In this document: piece by piece, positions 10,634-21,697 of the stretch
How positions within the stretch are numbered: the stretch's first letter is position 1
Layout: each line of letters opens with the position of its first letter
Source: an uncultured delta proteobacterium
GTDB taxonomy: Bacteria; Desulfobacterota; Desulfomonilia; UBA1062
Assembly: GCA_963798485.1 (NCBI GenBank)
Contig: CAWCTR010000007.1
Location: 352,001 to 416,000, forward strand
DNA length: 64,000 nt
Reading direction: 5' to 3'
The notes under the pieces: model-generated
The model's input: only the letters and a program-made list of their open reading frames with translations
Databases searched by the model: none
What the model was told of the DNA's origin: nothing
Position numbers and translations under genes: made by a program

Positions 10634-11081
10634 TGGTGTCAGAACTAAGCAGCTAAGGGTTATTCCTGATGAGCGTGGTTTCTTAATGGAAATGTTAAGA
10701 TGTGATGATGATCTGTTTCAAAAATTTGGACAAGTATACCTCACTGTTGTTTATCCAGGTGTTGTAAAAGGTTGGCATTATCATAAGAAGCAAGATGATA
10801 TCTTTGTTGCGATTAAGGGTATGCTTAAATTAGTATTATACGACAAACGTGATGACTCATCGACTTCAGGAATGGTCAACGAGTTTTTTGTCGGAGAGAA
10901 AAATCCTATGCTAGTGACCATACCGGCCGGTGTTGTCCATGGTTTCAAGGGCACTGGTGTTGAACCGGCGTATGTAGTGAATGTTCCAACAGAAGCTTAT
11001 AATTACAATGATCCAGATGAATTCCGGATTCCACCATATGATCCCTCTATTCCATATGATTGGGATCTCAAAGAAGGCTGA
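10620..11081 (+). CDS. RmlC-family cupin (dTDP-4-dehydrorhamnose 3,5-epimerase-like)
   Basis: DERGFLME, KGWHYH and IPAGVVHGFK motifs. Confidence 0.88.
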   Translation: MKPIDGVRTKQLRVIPDERGFLMEMLRCDDDLFQKFGQVYLTVVYPGVVKGWHYHKKQDDIFVAIKGMLKLVLYDKRDDSSTSGMVNEFFVGEKNPMLVTIPAGVVHGFKGTGVEPAYVVNVPTEAYNYNDPDEFRIPPYDPSIPYDWDLKEG

Positions 11082-11251
11082 AGAGAAACCAGCTTAAAGG
11101 TAAGAATTGGATTACTGGACCTTGCACGAATAGTTACTGGCTGGGCAGTTGTAAACTCGCCAAGCGGTTATCATATAATCCAATTCCTGAGCCACCTGTA
11201 TCCCAGCCTATCTTGGTGCACAAAAGTCCTATAATATAAAGGTAATAATGC

Positions 11252-12556
11252 ATGAGGACACCATTTATTCGTTCTCTATTACATCGTATTAGCGATGGTA
11301 TCCCGAACACGCTCCTTATGAACGGTGTGATTGCATGCGCCGGTCTTTGCTCAGGAGTAGTCTTAGCACGGTCACTAGGCCCTGGAGGAAGAGGTGAATT
11401 TGCAACAATACTGCTTTGGACAATGGCCTTACTGACCTTTGGTGATCTTGGGCTCGGATTCGCATTTTCTTATTACATTGGCAAAGAGAGAGCATCGCTG
11501 GATGGAGTATGGACCATGTCATGGCTGGCAAGCCTTGTTTGGGGTTTTTTCATAGCCACGGTTGGAGCCTTAGTGATACCTTGGGCTTTACATTTGACTC
11601 CTAATCACCGCGTATTGATGTGTTTAGGGATTTCGAGTGTCCCCTTCGGCCTTATGACTGGATACCAGTCATATCTCCTGTTAGGTGGCGGCTTCATAAA
11701 ACAGAGCAACATCGTGCGGACACTCGGTACCCTGAGTTATGCTGCTGGAGTATGCAGCTTTGCTGTTCTCGGGTTAAGTAGTATTAAAAATTATATACTT
11801 GCCTATGTTGCATCCCAGATTATTGTATCCATAGTAGGTGTGGGATTGGTAAAAAAATATCTCAGACCGCAATGGCATTTCCAGTTAAGTCTGATAAAAC
11901 CTGTTATGTTATATGGATTGAAGTCCTATATCAGTACTCTCATGGCCCCTGCTAATTTGCACCTTGATCAGATAATAATGACAGTATGGGTATCAAAGGA
12001 ACAGTTGGGGATATATGTAGTTGCGGTAAGCATCTCTGCAATGGTGAATCCACTCTATGGGGCATTGGCTGTTGTTGTCCTTCCCCGTGTTACCCTTGCA
12101 AAGGATCTTGTCTCAGCAGGAAGACAGGCTTTGCGCCATATGAGAATTGCTCTTATTGCGGGTATCCCTTTGAGCGTGCTTGTAATTATTGCAATGCCAA
12201 CCATCCTACCTCTACTTTTTAGTCATCGATTTGTCCAATCTGTTCCTGCTGCACAGATCCTCATGATTGCGGCAGTAAGCCAAGGTGCAGTCATTATACT
12301 AGGGAACAGCCTGCGAGGTCTTGGACATCCTGGTAAAACTGCGCTTTCAGAAGGATCTGGCTTGATCTTGACGGTTGCTCTTCTAGCGGCTCTTTTGCCT
12401 GCATATGGCTCCTTGGGTGCAGCTGTTTCCTGTTTGTGTTCTTCTTCCCTGGTCATGATACTACAGGTGGTTTTTATTATGTGTATATCAAACCTGTCCT
12501 GGAAAGAATTGTTCTGCCAGGAATGCAGCAGTTGTTCTTTTAACGAGACCTCCTGA
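11252..12556 (+). CDS. wzx: Wzx oligosaccharide flippase
   Basis: LARSLGPGGRGEF and LGIYVVAVS motifs; about 12 hydrophobic segments. Confidence 0.85.
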   Translation: MRTPFIRSLLHRISDGIPNTLLMNGVIACAGLCSGVVLARSLGPGGRGEFATILLWTMALLTFGDLGLGFAFSYYIGKERASLDGVWTMSWLASLVWGFFIATVGALVIPWALHLTPNHRVLMCLGISSVPFGLMTGYQSYLLLGGGFIKQSNIVRTLGTLSYAAGVCSFAVLGLSSIKNYILAYVASQIIVSIVGVGLVKKYLRPQWHFQLSLIKPVMLYGLKSYISTLMAPANLHLDQIIMTVWVSKEQLGIYVVAVSISAMVNPLYGALAVVVLPRVTLAKDLVSAGRQALRHMRIALIAGIPLSVLVIIAMPTILPLLFSHRFVQSVPAAQILMIAAVSQGAVIILGNSLRGLGHPGKTALSEGSGLILTVALLAALLPAYGSLGAAVSCLCSSSLVMILQVVFIMCISNLSWKELFCQECSSCSFNETS

Positions 12557-12592
12557 AAATGTTAGTACGGGAGATATTATTATCAATTATAT

Positions 12593-14029
12593 ATGCTTAG
12601 AATTAAAGGTTATCGTCTAAGATTTAAGAAAACCGATTATCTATTTATTGGATTGCTGTGTTATCTTTCGTATCCTCTCCTGTGTGAACTTTTCTTTGTC
12701 AATACCACCACAGATATGTTTTTCTGTAGCATCATCCATGCATTTGCTGCATCGATCGTCATGTATCTTGTTGTATCAAGGTCGTTGATTAAGAATAGTT
12801 GCGGGGCCAATATGGCTGTCATATTTATCCTTATCAACCTGCTCTATTTCGGTGCCAGCTGTGTTAAATATTTCGAGCCTGAGTTATACCCGGGATTCAT
12901 CAACGGTAATTATCTTCGTTTGATTTATTCCTTATTGGGTCTGTTCGTGCTCTGGGTGTCATTTGAAATCGTTTCAAGGGTGGGGCCAAGGTATGTAATC
13001 ACAGAGTTTATGATTAGTCATGAATATCTCCTCCGATTATTGATCATACTCTTGTTGGGTATTATTTGTTTCAGTGTATTCGACCTTTATCAGAAAGGAT
13101 TCGGCTACAATTACTTCAGTGACATAAATCCTGTTGAGGCTGCAATTGAACGTACCAATCTGCCCACAATTCAGAAGATCTACTTATGGCTGATCAGTTC
13201 GATCGAAGCCTTTCTTGTATTATTGCTTTCAATTGAATTTATGAGAAAAAGGAAGTGGACATTATTGATTGTCCCCTTTGTTTTGGTAGCTATGGAATCA
13301 ATGTTTTCAGGATCGCGGGTAATTCTCTTCTACTTCTTCTTGGGCATGATTTATTCATTGGTCCGTCTCTACAACATTGGCAGGGCGATTTTTGTAAAGA
13401 TATTCTTGGCAGCCCCTTTGGTGATTTGCATTGGGTCGATCATCATTCTATCCTTCTCAGGAAGGATTGATAATAGTTTTGAAGAACTGAGATATCATCT
13501 CACCTATCGCTTTGACCTCACGGATTATGCCGCAACAATAATCCAGGGAAACAGTCCTGTTATGTTCAATCCACAAATCATAAAAGACGCTATATACTAC
13601 TCGGTGCCCAAGATACTCTATGAGGATAAATATTATAGAGATACTAAGTATGTGCAGAGATTATTGTCTAATGCCGGTCTTGATCCCAACACCGATTACA
13701 CTGACACCTTTTTCAGCATTGGCGCACAGATCGGAGGACTCATCGGATTTGTTGCCATACCAATGATTATGGTACTATTCCTTCATACTCTTGAATGGCT
13801 ACTCTATGCCCTTTTCAGGAATTCAGCCAATATCATTGTAGTAGCGATGTACCCATTATATCTCATGGTGGAAACGGATCTGAACGGACTCATTGCGGCT
13901 TGGCGTATGATGCCAATCTATGCCTTGATAGGGTTGGCTGCATATAATTTGTTTATTAAACAGAAGCAGAAAAATACGGTTATCACGGACAAAGCCAAGG
14001 TCTTTAGTAATGAAGTAATGATGGAATAG
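12593..14029 (+). CDS. Polytopic membrane protein, probable Wzy polymerase
   Basis: Many TM segments, GSR motif and a late periplasmic loop; follows wzx. Confidence 0.65.
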   Translation: MLRIKGYRLRFKKTDYLFIGLLCYLSYPLLCELFFVNTTTDMFFCSIIHAFAASIVMYLVVSRSLIKNSCGANMAVIFILINLLYFGASCVKYFEPELYPGFINGNYLRLIYSLLGLFVLWVSFEIVSRVGPRYVITEFMISHEYLLRLLIILLLGIICFSVFDLYQKGFGYNYFSDINPVEAAIERTNLPTIQKIYLWLISSIEAFLVLLLSIEFMRKRKWTLLIVPFVLVAMESMFSGSRVILFYFFLGMIYSLVRLYNIGRAIFVKIFLAAPLVICIGSIIILSFSGRIDNSFEELRYHLTYRFDLTDYAATIIQGNSPVMFNPQIIKDAIYYSVPKILYEDKYYRDTKYVQRLLSNAGLDPNTDYTDTFFSIGAQIGGLIGFVAIPMIMVLFLHTLEWLLYALFRNSANIIVVAMYPLYLMVETDLNGLIAAWRMMPIYALIGLAAYNLFIKQKQKNTVITDKAKVFSNEVMME

Positions 14030-14038
14030 AAGTGCGTC

Positions 14039-14267
14039 GTGATATTCTGCCTGATATGTGACCATAACTTTTCTTTAAGATTGTATCAAAGGCCAGAGTT
14101 AAGCATTGTTGAATGTTCCTCTTGTGGATTTATCGGTGCCGACTTGGATGAATGGGAATATCCCTAAAGGTATATGGTGGCGTGACCTTGTGCGTTACAT
14201 GGATAGTATATTCGGTCTAAACGATGTCGGTATGATTTGTTGGCTTAAGATGAACTCAAATGGTTAG
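14039..14267 (+). pseudogene. Internally deleted gene remnant, probably a zinc-ribbon SAM methyltransferase
   Basis: 14039-14167 reads MIFCLICDHN...VECSSCGFIG (two CxxC); a short out-of-frame tail overlaps the next start. Confidence 0.45.
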
Positions 14268-15372
14268 TTATAATAGGGTATTAGTATATCAGATTGGTAC
14301 ATTGGGCGATACGGTAATCACTGTCCCGGCGCTCAAGGCTGTACGCCGATATTTTGGTTCTCGGGCACATATCGTACTCATGCACGATAAACCTCAAGAA
14401 GGGATCAATAGTGCTCCGGTAGATGTGTTGGAGGGGCTTGGCTTAGTTGATGACTACATGTCATACGAGATACCCAAAAGACATTTTCTTAGCCTCTTCT
14501 CAACGATTGTTCTCGCAATTAAGATACGATCAGGGCAATTCCAAAAGGTAATCTATCTTGCTCCAAGCGAGCGTTCCAAGGCTAGGGTAAAGCGAGATGC
14601 CCTATTTTTTCACCTTTGCGGCATTCATAAGCTGATCGGCTTCCATACCTTCCCTGATGACTCGCTCTATCCGGTTGATGAGCAGGGCTTGCCGGCCTGT
14701 GTCCAGCATGAGGCGATGTTCCGTCTGGAGCGGATACGTCTTGATGGTATCGATGGTTCTCTTGAGAGTAATTTGAGTAAACCATTTCTCACATTACCTA
14801 TGAGTGCTATTGGAGAGGCTAAAGAATGGTTGAATCATAATCAAATTGACCCGGGGGAACCCCTCGTGGCTCTCTGCCCAGGATGCAAGCAACCTGCAAA
14901 CGCCTGGCCGACTGATCGTTTTATTGAAATAGGACAACGCCTCATCCAACAAGGAAAGTCCGAGGTCTTGATTGTGGGTGGGCCTGCAGAATATGAAGTT
15001 GGAGAACAGATGGTAAAGACCTGGGGCACAGGAATGAATGCAGCAGGGAAGTTTTCTGTGCTCATCTCTTCCGCCCTTCTTTCTCAATGCAAGTTTATTG
15101 TTGGTCTTGATACAGGGACTACTCATCTCGCTGCGGCACAGGGTGTACCCTGTGTGGCATTATATGGCTGCCGGGAAGAGCCGGGCCGCTTTTATCCACT
15201 TGGTGGAAGGCATATTGTATTGCGCAATCCCGTGCCTTGCGCTGGCTGCAGATTAATAGGAAGACCTTGTCAAGAAATTGGCCATCCTTGTATGACAGGC
15301 ATTACTGTTGACAAGGTTTGGGAGGCTATCCAAAGGATGCAGGCCGATTTGAGCAATACTGTCAATTTATGA
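14260..15372 (+). CDS. Glycosyltransferase family 9 (heptosyltransferase-like)
   Basis: GTLGDTV, WPTDRF and GLDTGTTHLAAA motifs. Confidence 0.9.
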   Translation: MVSYNRVLVYQIGTLGDTVITVPALKAVRRYFGSRAHIVLMHDKPQEGINSAPVDVLEGLGLVDDYMSYEIPKRHFLSLFSTIVLAIKIRSGQFQKVIYLAPSERSKARVKRDALFFHLCGIHKLIGFHTFPDDSLYPVDEQGLPACVQHEAMFRLERIRLDGIDGSLESNLSKPFLTLPMSAIGEAKEWLNHNQIDPGEPLVALCPGCKQPANAWPTDRFIEIGQRLIQQGKSEVLIVGGPAEYEVGEQMVKTWGTGMNAAGKFSVLISSALLSQCKFIVGLDTGTTHLAAAQGVPCVALYGCREEPGRFYPLGGRHIVLRNPVPCAGCRLIGRPCQEIGHPCMTGITVDKVWEAIQRMQADLSNTVNL

Positions 15373-16325
15373 GAAGGCCATTTTTCGAAAGTGTATTTTT
15401 TGAGCCATGGGGAATGGGGGATGCTTTAATAGCTGCATCAATACTCAGAGAACAGCCAGAAAGAAGGGCAATAGCCTGTTCTACCCGATGGCATCCAATC
15501 CTCTTATCTTTATTTGGAGATCCAATTATACCTTATTTAATCCCGGTCGATCTTCAATACACTCAAAAGTCTAAGAAGCACCCATTTGATGGATTGTTGG
15601 TTAAAAAAAAGTTGTCTGTAAAAGCTGAAAAGGTACTAAGTATAAGGGGCGACTTACGAGATTATTTTGTTGCAAGACAATTGTTTCCACATTCTCAAGT
15701 TAGTATGTCCGGCTGGTTGCCGTTCTTTGCTGGTCATTCGTCATTACTTAATTTGCCCTACAAATCAAAATACTTACCAATAAAGAATAGATACCAGTCG
15801 TGGTGTAAAATGGCAGGTATTCCTTATTCTCAGGTTATAACCTCATATAAAAAAAACATGACCAACCCTCTAAATAAGAACTGTGTAGCAATCCACATAG
15901 GAGCATACTGGAAATCAAGACAATACCCATTTGTCATAGAGCTTAAAACGAAGTTGATTAAACTCGGTTATGAGGTTAGTATCCTATCAGGTCCATTTGA
16001 TGCTCTTCCACGTGGGCTCAACGAAAAGGACGTATCGCGTATATCAGATATGGAGATTGTGAAAGAATTTAGAAAAGCAGAATTTGCTGTTACAAATGAC
16101 TCAGGGCCGATGCATTTGGCTGCAATAATTGGGTGTAAAACAATTGCTATTGCAAGAATATCTGATATAAACCAATGGTTACCACCAGAAGGCAGAGCCG
16201 TTGTAAGCCCAAAGATGCCCTATGGATTCTGTCCTGATCCCGACTATGCATCGGATGTAGTTCTTGATGATTGGCCCATACCAGATAATGTAATTGAAGT
16301 GTTGATTGAGTGGAAAGTGAACTAA
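15369..16325 (+). CDS. Glycosyltransferase family 9
   Basis: GMGDAL and TNDSGPMHLAA motifs; start moved to MRRPFF (ATGA overlap). Confidence 0.8.
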   Translation: MRRPFFESVFFEPWGMGDALIAASILREQPERRAIACSTRWHPILLSLFGDPIIPYLIPVDLQYTQKSKKHPFDGLLVKKKLSVKAEKVLSIRGDLRDYFVARQLFPHSQVSMSGWLPFFAGHSSLLNLPYKSKYLPIKNRYQSWCKMAGIPYSQVITSYKKNMTNPLNKNCVAIHIGAYWKSRQYPFVIELKTKLIKLGYEVSILSGPFDALPRGLNEKDVSRISDMEIVKEFRKAEFAVTNDSGPMHLAAIIGCKTIAIARISDINQWLPPEGRAVVSPKMPYGFCPDPDYASDVVLDDWPIPDNVIEVLIEWKVN

Positions 16326-16340
16326 TACCCAAACAATTTC

Positions 16341-17099
16341 TTGAAAGTCTCTATTATCACAGTAGTTTTAAATAATGTTGAATATATTGATGCCTGTATT
16401 CAGAGTGTTATCAACCAGGACTACGAGAACATTGAATACATTGTAATTGATGGGGGATCAACGGACGGCACGGTCGATCTCATTAAGAAATATGAAGATA
16501 AAATTAACGTATGGATCAGCGAACCAGATGAGGGAATGTATGATGCTATAAACAAAGGTATCGGTATGTCAAGCGGTGACATTATTGGAATCTTACATTC
16601 TGATGATCTATATATTGATGAACATGTTATAGGTAACGTTGTTCAAGCGTTTCGCAATAATATTGATTCGGTTTATGCTGACTTGGTATATGTAGAAAGA
16701 AACAACCTGAAAAATGTTGTCAGGTACTATGATTCTTCTGTCTTCCAGATTTCAAAATTTGCCTATGGCTGGATGCCGGCTCATCCGGCATGTTTTATAA
16801 AAAAAAATGTTTATGAAAAATATGGTTTGTATAAGACTGACTATATCATTGCCGCTGATTACGAATTGCTTGTACGATTCTATGCAAAGCACAGGGTAAG
16901 CTATAGTTATTTGCCAAAAGTTATTGTTAAAATGCGGAGTGGTGGTTTAAGTACCAGGAATTTCAAAAGCAATGTTATTCTAAATAGTGAGATTGTGCGT
17001 GCCTGCAGAGAGAATGGCATAGAAACAAATATATTCAAAGTTTACTTGAAATATTTTGTAAAATTATCTCAATTGCGCAAAAGACCTCACCAAATTTAA
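16341..17099 (+). CDS. Glycosyltransferase family 2
   Basis: VSIITV, IDGGSTDGT, EPDEGMYDAINKG and HSDD motifs; TTG start. Confidence 0.93.
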   Translation: MKVSIITVVLNNVEYIDACIQSVINQDYENIEYIVIDGGSTDGTVDLIKKYEDKINVWISEPDEGMYDAINKGIGMSSGDIIGILHSDDLYIDEHVIGNVVQAFRNNIDSVYADLVYVERNNLKNVVRYYDSSVFQISKFAYGWMPAHPACFIKKNVYEKYGLYKTDYIIAADYELLVRFYAKHRVSYSYLPKVIVKMRSGGLSTRNFKSNVILNSEIVRACRENGIETNIFKVYLKYFVKLSQLRKRPHQI

Positions 17100-17103
17100 C
17101 CCC

Positions 17104-18112
17104 ATGTCTCATATAGCCGACTTAAACAAACCACTTGTTCTTATTACAGGCGCCACTGGAGCCATTGGTCCGCGTGTTGTTCACGCTCTGCATCAAGCAA
17201 GTTATCAGATTCGCGCCTTTTCGGTTGACGCTCCCACGGCGTCCATGTTCCCTGAGCAGGTAGAGGTTGTTATCGGCGATATCACGGATAAGGTGGCTGT
17301 CCAATCTGCGATGCAAGATGTGGATGCAGTCGTTCATCTGGCGGCTCTCCTGCACATTGTCAATCCCCCGCCTGAGATGCGGGAAAAATACGAGCGCGTC
17401 AATATTGGCGGTACATCGACGGTAGTTGAGGTTGCAATTAAGGCGGGTGTGAAGCGCGTTGTCTTGTTCAGTACGATTGCGGTGTACGGGCCTTCAGATG
17501 GTTGCGTGCTCAATGAGATATCGCCAACTCATCCTGATACTTTTTATGCTCAGACCAAACGTGCTGCCGAACATATTGTCTTGAATGCGAAGGGTGCCGA
17601 CGGGCAGTCTTTGGGCACCGTATTACGTTTGGGTGCGGTTTATGGTTCCCGCATCAAGGGAAACTACGAACGGCTGACACATGCCCTGGCACGCAATCGC
17701 TTTATCCCCATCGGAAATGGTCTCAATCGACGGACACTGGTTTATGATAAGGACGTTGGTAGTGCGGTGGTTTTGGCTGTTTCTCATCCCGCTGCGCTCA
17801 GGTCGGATATTCAACATAACTGATGGTGGGTTTCATACCTTGAATGAAATTATTGAATCCATTTGCGCTGCCCTCGGTCGTAAGCCGCCGCGGTTGTCAC
17901 TGCCCGTGGGTCTAACGCGGACATTGGTTAGTATAGTTGCAAATGGAAGCCGGTCCATTGGTTTAAGGCCACCAGTTACACGGGAGATGATTGATAAATA
18001 TACCGAGGATATTGCCGTTGACGGCAGCCTCATTCAGAAAGAACTCGGTTTTGTGCCTCAATATGATCTCAAGGCCGGTTGGGAAGAGACGATCCGAGAG
18101 ATGTTGCTATGA
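17104..18112 (+). pseudogene. NAD-dependent epimerase/dehydratase with one frameshift (or sequencing error)
   Basis: TGATGAIG and YAQTK in 17104-17823; removing one C near 17797 gives HPAASGRIFNITDG and continues to 18112. Confidence 0.8.
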
Positions 18113-18669
18113 AAAGAATGTTTGATTTATTTTTTTCTCTTTGTTTGTTTCCGGTCCTGGTGTTTCCCATACTGGTTATTGCTGCGCTGGTCAAAGTTAC
18201 TTCCAAAGGGCCTGTGTTGTACTGGTCCGATCGTATCGGTGTGAACAATACGATTTTCAAAATGCCCAAGTTCAGAACCATGAGTTTGGATACCCCCCCT
18301 GTTGCAACCCATCTCTTGGAAAATCCTGAAAAATACCTCACCTCCATCGGTCCTTTTCTGCGCAAGCTGAGCCTGGATGAACTCCCGCAGCTCTGGAGCG
18401 TCCTCAAGGGTGACATGAGTTTTGTCGGGCCGCGGCCTGCACTTTTCAACCAGTATGATCTTATTGAATTGCGAACTCTGAAGGGTGTTCATAAGCTTAT
18501 CCCTGGGATTACAGGATGTGCCCAGATTAAAGGAAGGGATGATATTCCAATCCCCATTAAGGTAGAGTACGATGAATATTATCTTAAGAACAAATCCCTT
18601 ATGCTTGATCTTAAGATTCTGTTCATAACGGTCTTTAAGGTGTTAAGGAGTGAAGGGGTAGATCATTAA
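18109..18669 (+). CDS. Monotopic phosphoglycosyl (priming) sugar transferase
   Basis: MKRMFD, KFRTM, LDELPQLW, GDMSFVGPRP and PGITG motifs. Confidence 0.93.
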   Translation: MKRMFDLFFSLCLFPVLVFPILVIAALVKVTSKGPVLYWSDRIGVNNTIFKMPKFRTMSLDTPPVATHLLENPEKYLTSIGPFLRKLSLDELPQLWSVLKGDMSFVGPRPALFNQYDLIELRTLKGVHKLIPGITGCAQIKGRDDIPIPIKVEYDEYYLKNKSLMLDLKILFITVFKVLRSEGVDH

Positions 18670-18955
18670 GACCCACAATATGCCATTAGGATGCACATGT
18701 TCTATCCTTAAGCCATAGTCTCCCCTCTTTGTGAATCAGCCGCCACCAAGGAAGAGATGCATGAGATAACCCCGCAGCAACCTGTTGAAAATCATCTGAT
18801 AAAAGCCTCGACCTTAACTTGCGATATTGCATAAGAAGGAGCAAGCAAAACTCATAGTGGAAACAAGGGTGAAGTATGATAGAATGCACTCGTTGCAATG
18901 TGATGCGTTACCATGCACAAATGAGCATATTGAAAAATTGCTAGGTTGGATCATA

Positions 18956-20902
18956 ATGCCATTGTTTTTGAGAAAAAACTTATGGGTAATTCTCATTGCA
19001 GATATAGTTCTCCTTGTCTTTTGCTATATCTGCGCCTATTGCCTCCGATTTGAAGGAAGTATCCCACCAGACTATCAATATCAGATTTTAACTACGCTCC
19101 TGCCGCTGCTGTCCTTGAAGATCTGCTCTTTTTTTGCTTTTGATCTTTATAGAGGAATGTGGAGGTATGCAGGTATTCGTGACCTGATAAATGTTATAAA
19201 AGCTTCACTTTCAGGGGCCTTGCTATTTATTATTTATCTGGCGATGTTTCACCATTTCGAAGCTGTTTCCCGAGGGGTCATAATAATTGATTTTCTCTTG
19301 ACAATCATAAGCATCGGTGGATTGCGTCTGATGATTCGTCTTTACTACCAGAGAGATAGCGCATTTGTCGATGATCTAGTGTTTTGGAGAAAATCAATGA
19401 GAAACAGAAAGAAAATCCTGATTGTAGGTACAGGCCAACGAGCGGAAAAGCTGATGAGAGAAATTCATGAGAACAGCAAGATCAATTTCCAGGTGATCGG
19501 ATTCGTTGATGTGGCTAATGCGCATAAGGGAATGAAAATTCATGGTGTTCCCATTCTCGGGGCCGTTATGGATCTCCCTCGCCTGATTTCTTATTATGGA
19601 ATTGAAAATATTCTCATCGCAGATTCTGATCTGAAGGCAAAAGATATCGCTACTATTGTGGAGATGTGCGGAGATTGCGGAGTGCAGTTCAAGGTTATCC
19701 CTTCCCTCTCGGAGAGGATGAGCAAAGGGAAAACCGACACCCTCCGGGATATTAAACTCGAAGACCTCATGGAAAGGGAGCCTATTCAGCTTGATATGGA
19801 GATCATGAGGGCTGAGATTGAGGGAAAAACAGTCTTCGTTACGGGTGCGGGTGGCTCTATAGGATCTGAGCTTTCCAGGCAGATAATCAGATACAATCCC
19901 CGGAGACTTGTCCTCATTGATAATGCCGAAACACCACTTTATCAGATTGATATGGAACTGAAATCTCTGAACACACCTGATTCCAACACAGAAATTATTC
20001 CCTGTATCGGTGATGTGCGGAGCAGAAAGAGTCTTGAAAGAATATTCCGTAAGTACAAACCGGAGTATGTATATCATGCAGCAGCGTACAAGCATGTACC
20101 CATGATGGAGCTATCACCTATTGATGCCATTAATAATAATATTATAGGGACATTCAAGCTCGCTACCCTGTCCTGTAAATATCATGTGAATAAATTTGTC
20201 ATGATTTCAACTGACAAGGCTGTTCGCCCTACCTCTATCATGGGTGCCACCAAGAGGGTTGCAGAGCTTGTGGTGCAGTCGATCAACGGAAACAGCACCA
20301 AATTCGTTGTGGTACGGTTCGGCAATGTCCTGGGAAGCAATGGGAGCGTTGTCCCTCTGTTTCAAAAGCAGATAGCGTCCGGTGGTCCGGTGACGGTTAC
20401 TCATCCTGAGGTCACCCGCTATTTCATGACAATCCCTGAGGCAGTCATGCTGGTCCTCCAGGCAGGTGCCATTGGGAAAGGTGGGGAGTTGTTCTTGTTG
20501 GATATGGGCAGGCCAGTGAAGATTGATGATTTGGCAAGGAACATGATTCGCCTTTCAGGACTTGTGCCGGATAGAGATATCAAGGTGGAATATATCGGAC
20601 TCAGGCCCGGAGAGAAGCTCTACGAAGAACTTCTCATTGATGGAGAAGGCATCATCGATACTTCCTATGAAAAGATCAAGGTGTGCAATACCTGCAGCAG
20701 GATTGATGAGAGGGATCTCTTCGGGGGGATCGAGCATTTCAGTCTGCTCGTGAAGAACTCAGGTGATTCAAAGACCGCACTGAAAATCCTTGAAAGACTC
20801 ATACCGGACTTCAAGAGAGAAAATATTCCAAATTCAAGGACATCTTCAAACAAACCATATTCTCCTGAAGATAAAGATACGACCTCATTCAGAGAAATCT
20901 AA
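18956..20902 (+). CDS. Membrane-bound nucleotide-sugar 4,6-dehydratase (CapD/WbpM/PglF family)
   Basis: Four N-terminal TMs; TGAGGSIGSEL, HAAAYKHVP, STDKAV, MGATKR and RFGNVLGSNGSV motifs. Confidence 0.95.
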   Translation: MPLFLRKNLWVILIADIVLLVFCYICAYCLRFEGSIPPDYQYQILTTLLPLLSLKICSFFAFDLYRGMWRYAGIRDLINVIKASLSGALLFIIYLAMFHHFEAVSRGVIIIDFLLTIISIGGLRLMIRLYYQRDSAFVDDLVFWRKSMRNRKKILIVGTGQRAEKLMREIHENSKINFQVIGFVDVANAHKGMKIHGVPILGAVMDLPRLISYYGIENILIADSDLKAKDIATIVEMCGDCGVQFKVIPSLSERMSKGKTDTLRDIKLEDLMEREPIQLDMEIMRAEIEGKTVFVTGAGGSIGSELSRQIIRYNPRRLVLIDNAETPLYQIDMELKSLNTPDSNTEIIPCIGDVRSRKSLERIFRKYKPEYVYHAAAYKHVPMMELSPIDAINNNIIGTFKLATLSCKYHVNKFVMISTDKAVRPTSIMGATKRVAELVVQSINGNSTKFVVVRFGNVLGSNGSVVPLFQKQIASGGPVTVTHPEVTRYFMTIPEAVMLVLQAGAIGKGGELFLLDMGRPVKIDDLARNMIRLSGLVPDRDIKVEYIGLRPGEKLYEELLIDGEGIIDTSYEKIKVCNTCSRIDERDLFGGIEHFSLLVKNSGDSKTALKILERLIPDFKRENIPNSRTSSNKPYSPEDKDTTSFREI

Positions 20903-21035
20903 GCTGGTCTTTCAGGTAGTAAATTCCCCGGACGTGCATAGAACCTATGCAGAATATACCACCTAGCATATGTTATCGAGATTATTGCATTCAGCATCTC
21001 CCAAACCCTTGACGAATAAGGTTAGAGGATGATAC

Positions 21036-21485
21036 ATGCTTGATCTTGATGATTGCTCTTTGATGAAGATGGCATTGGAAGAGGCACGAAAGGCTGACGA
21101 GATCGGAGAAGTGCCGGTCGGCGCAGTGCTTGTGGTCAATGATCATTTGGTCAGAGGCCACAATAGGATGATCATAGATAATGATCCTACGTCGCATGCC
21201 GAGATAGTGGTTATCCGTGAAGCTGCACGGCTGGTTAATAATTACAGGCTCGCGCATTCGAGGCTCTATGTCACTGTTGAGCCGTGCATTATGTGTGTGG
21301 GCGCGATTATCCTGGCACGCATTGAATGCCTCTTTTATGGTGCGAGAGATAGACGGTATGGAGCCGTGGAATCCATGATCGAAGGATTCAGGCTTGGTGT
21401 AAACCACAAACCTGTTATTCATGCCGGTCTAATGGAGGATCAGGCGGGCTCTTTGATGAAGGCCTTTTTCAAGGCAAAAAGGTAA
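21036..21485 (+). CDS. tadA: tRNA adenosine(34) deaminase
   Basis: EVPVGAV, HAE and EPCIMC motifs. Confidence 0.93.
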   Translation: MLDLDDCSLMKMALEEARKADEIGEVPVGAVLVVNDHLVRGHNRMIIDNDPTSHAEIVVIREAARLVNNYRLAHSRLYVTVEPCIMCVGAIILARIECLFYGARDRRYGAVESMIEGFRLGVNHKPVIHAGLMEDQAGSLMKAFFKAKR

Positions 21486-21576
21486 GGAGAGGTACCGAAG
21501 TGGTCATAACGGGGCCGACTCGAAATCGGCTGTCCTTTTTCAAGGACCGGGGGTTCGAATCCCTCCCTCTCCGCCA
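21486..21576 (+). tRNA. tRNA-Ser(CGA)
   Basis: GGAGAGG/CCTCTCC acceptor, anticodon arm GCCGA-CTCGAAA-TCGGC, long variable arm, GTTCGAATC, CCA. Confidence 0.96.
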
Positions 21577-21597
21577 ACACGAATACGTCACGCATGA

Positions 21598-21690
21598 GGA
21601 GAGATGCCCGAGAGGCCGAAGGGGCACGATTGGAAATCGTGTGTGCCGCTAATAACGGTACCGAGGGTTCGAATCCCTCTCTCTCCGCCA
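21598..21690 (+). tRNA. tRNA-Ser(GGA)
   Basis: GGAGAGA/TCTCTCC acceptor, anticodon arm CACGA-TTGGAAA-TCGTG, long variable arm, CCA. Confidence 0.96.
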
Positions 21691-21697
21691 TATGAAC

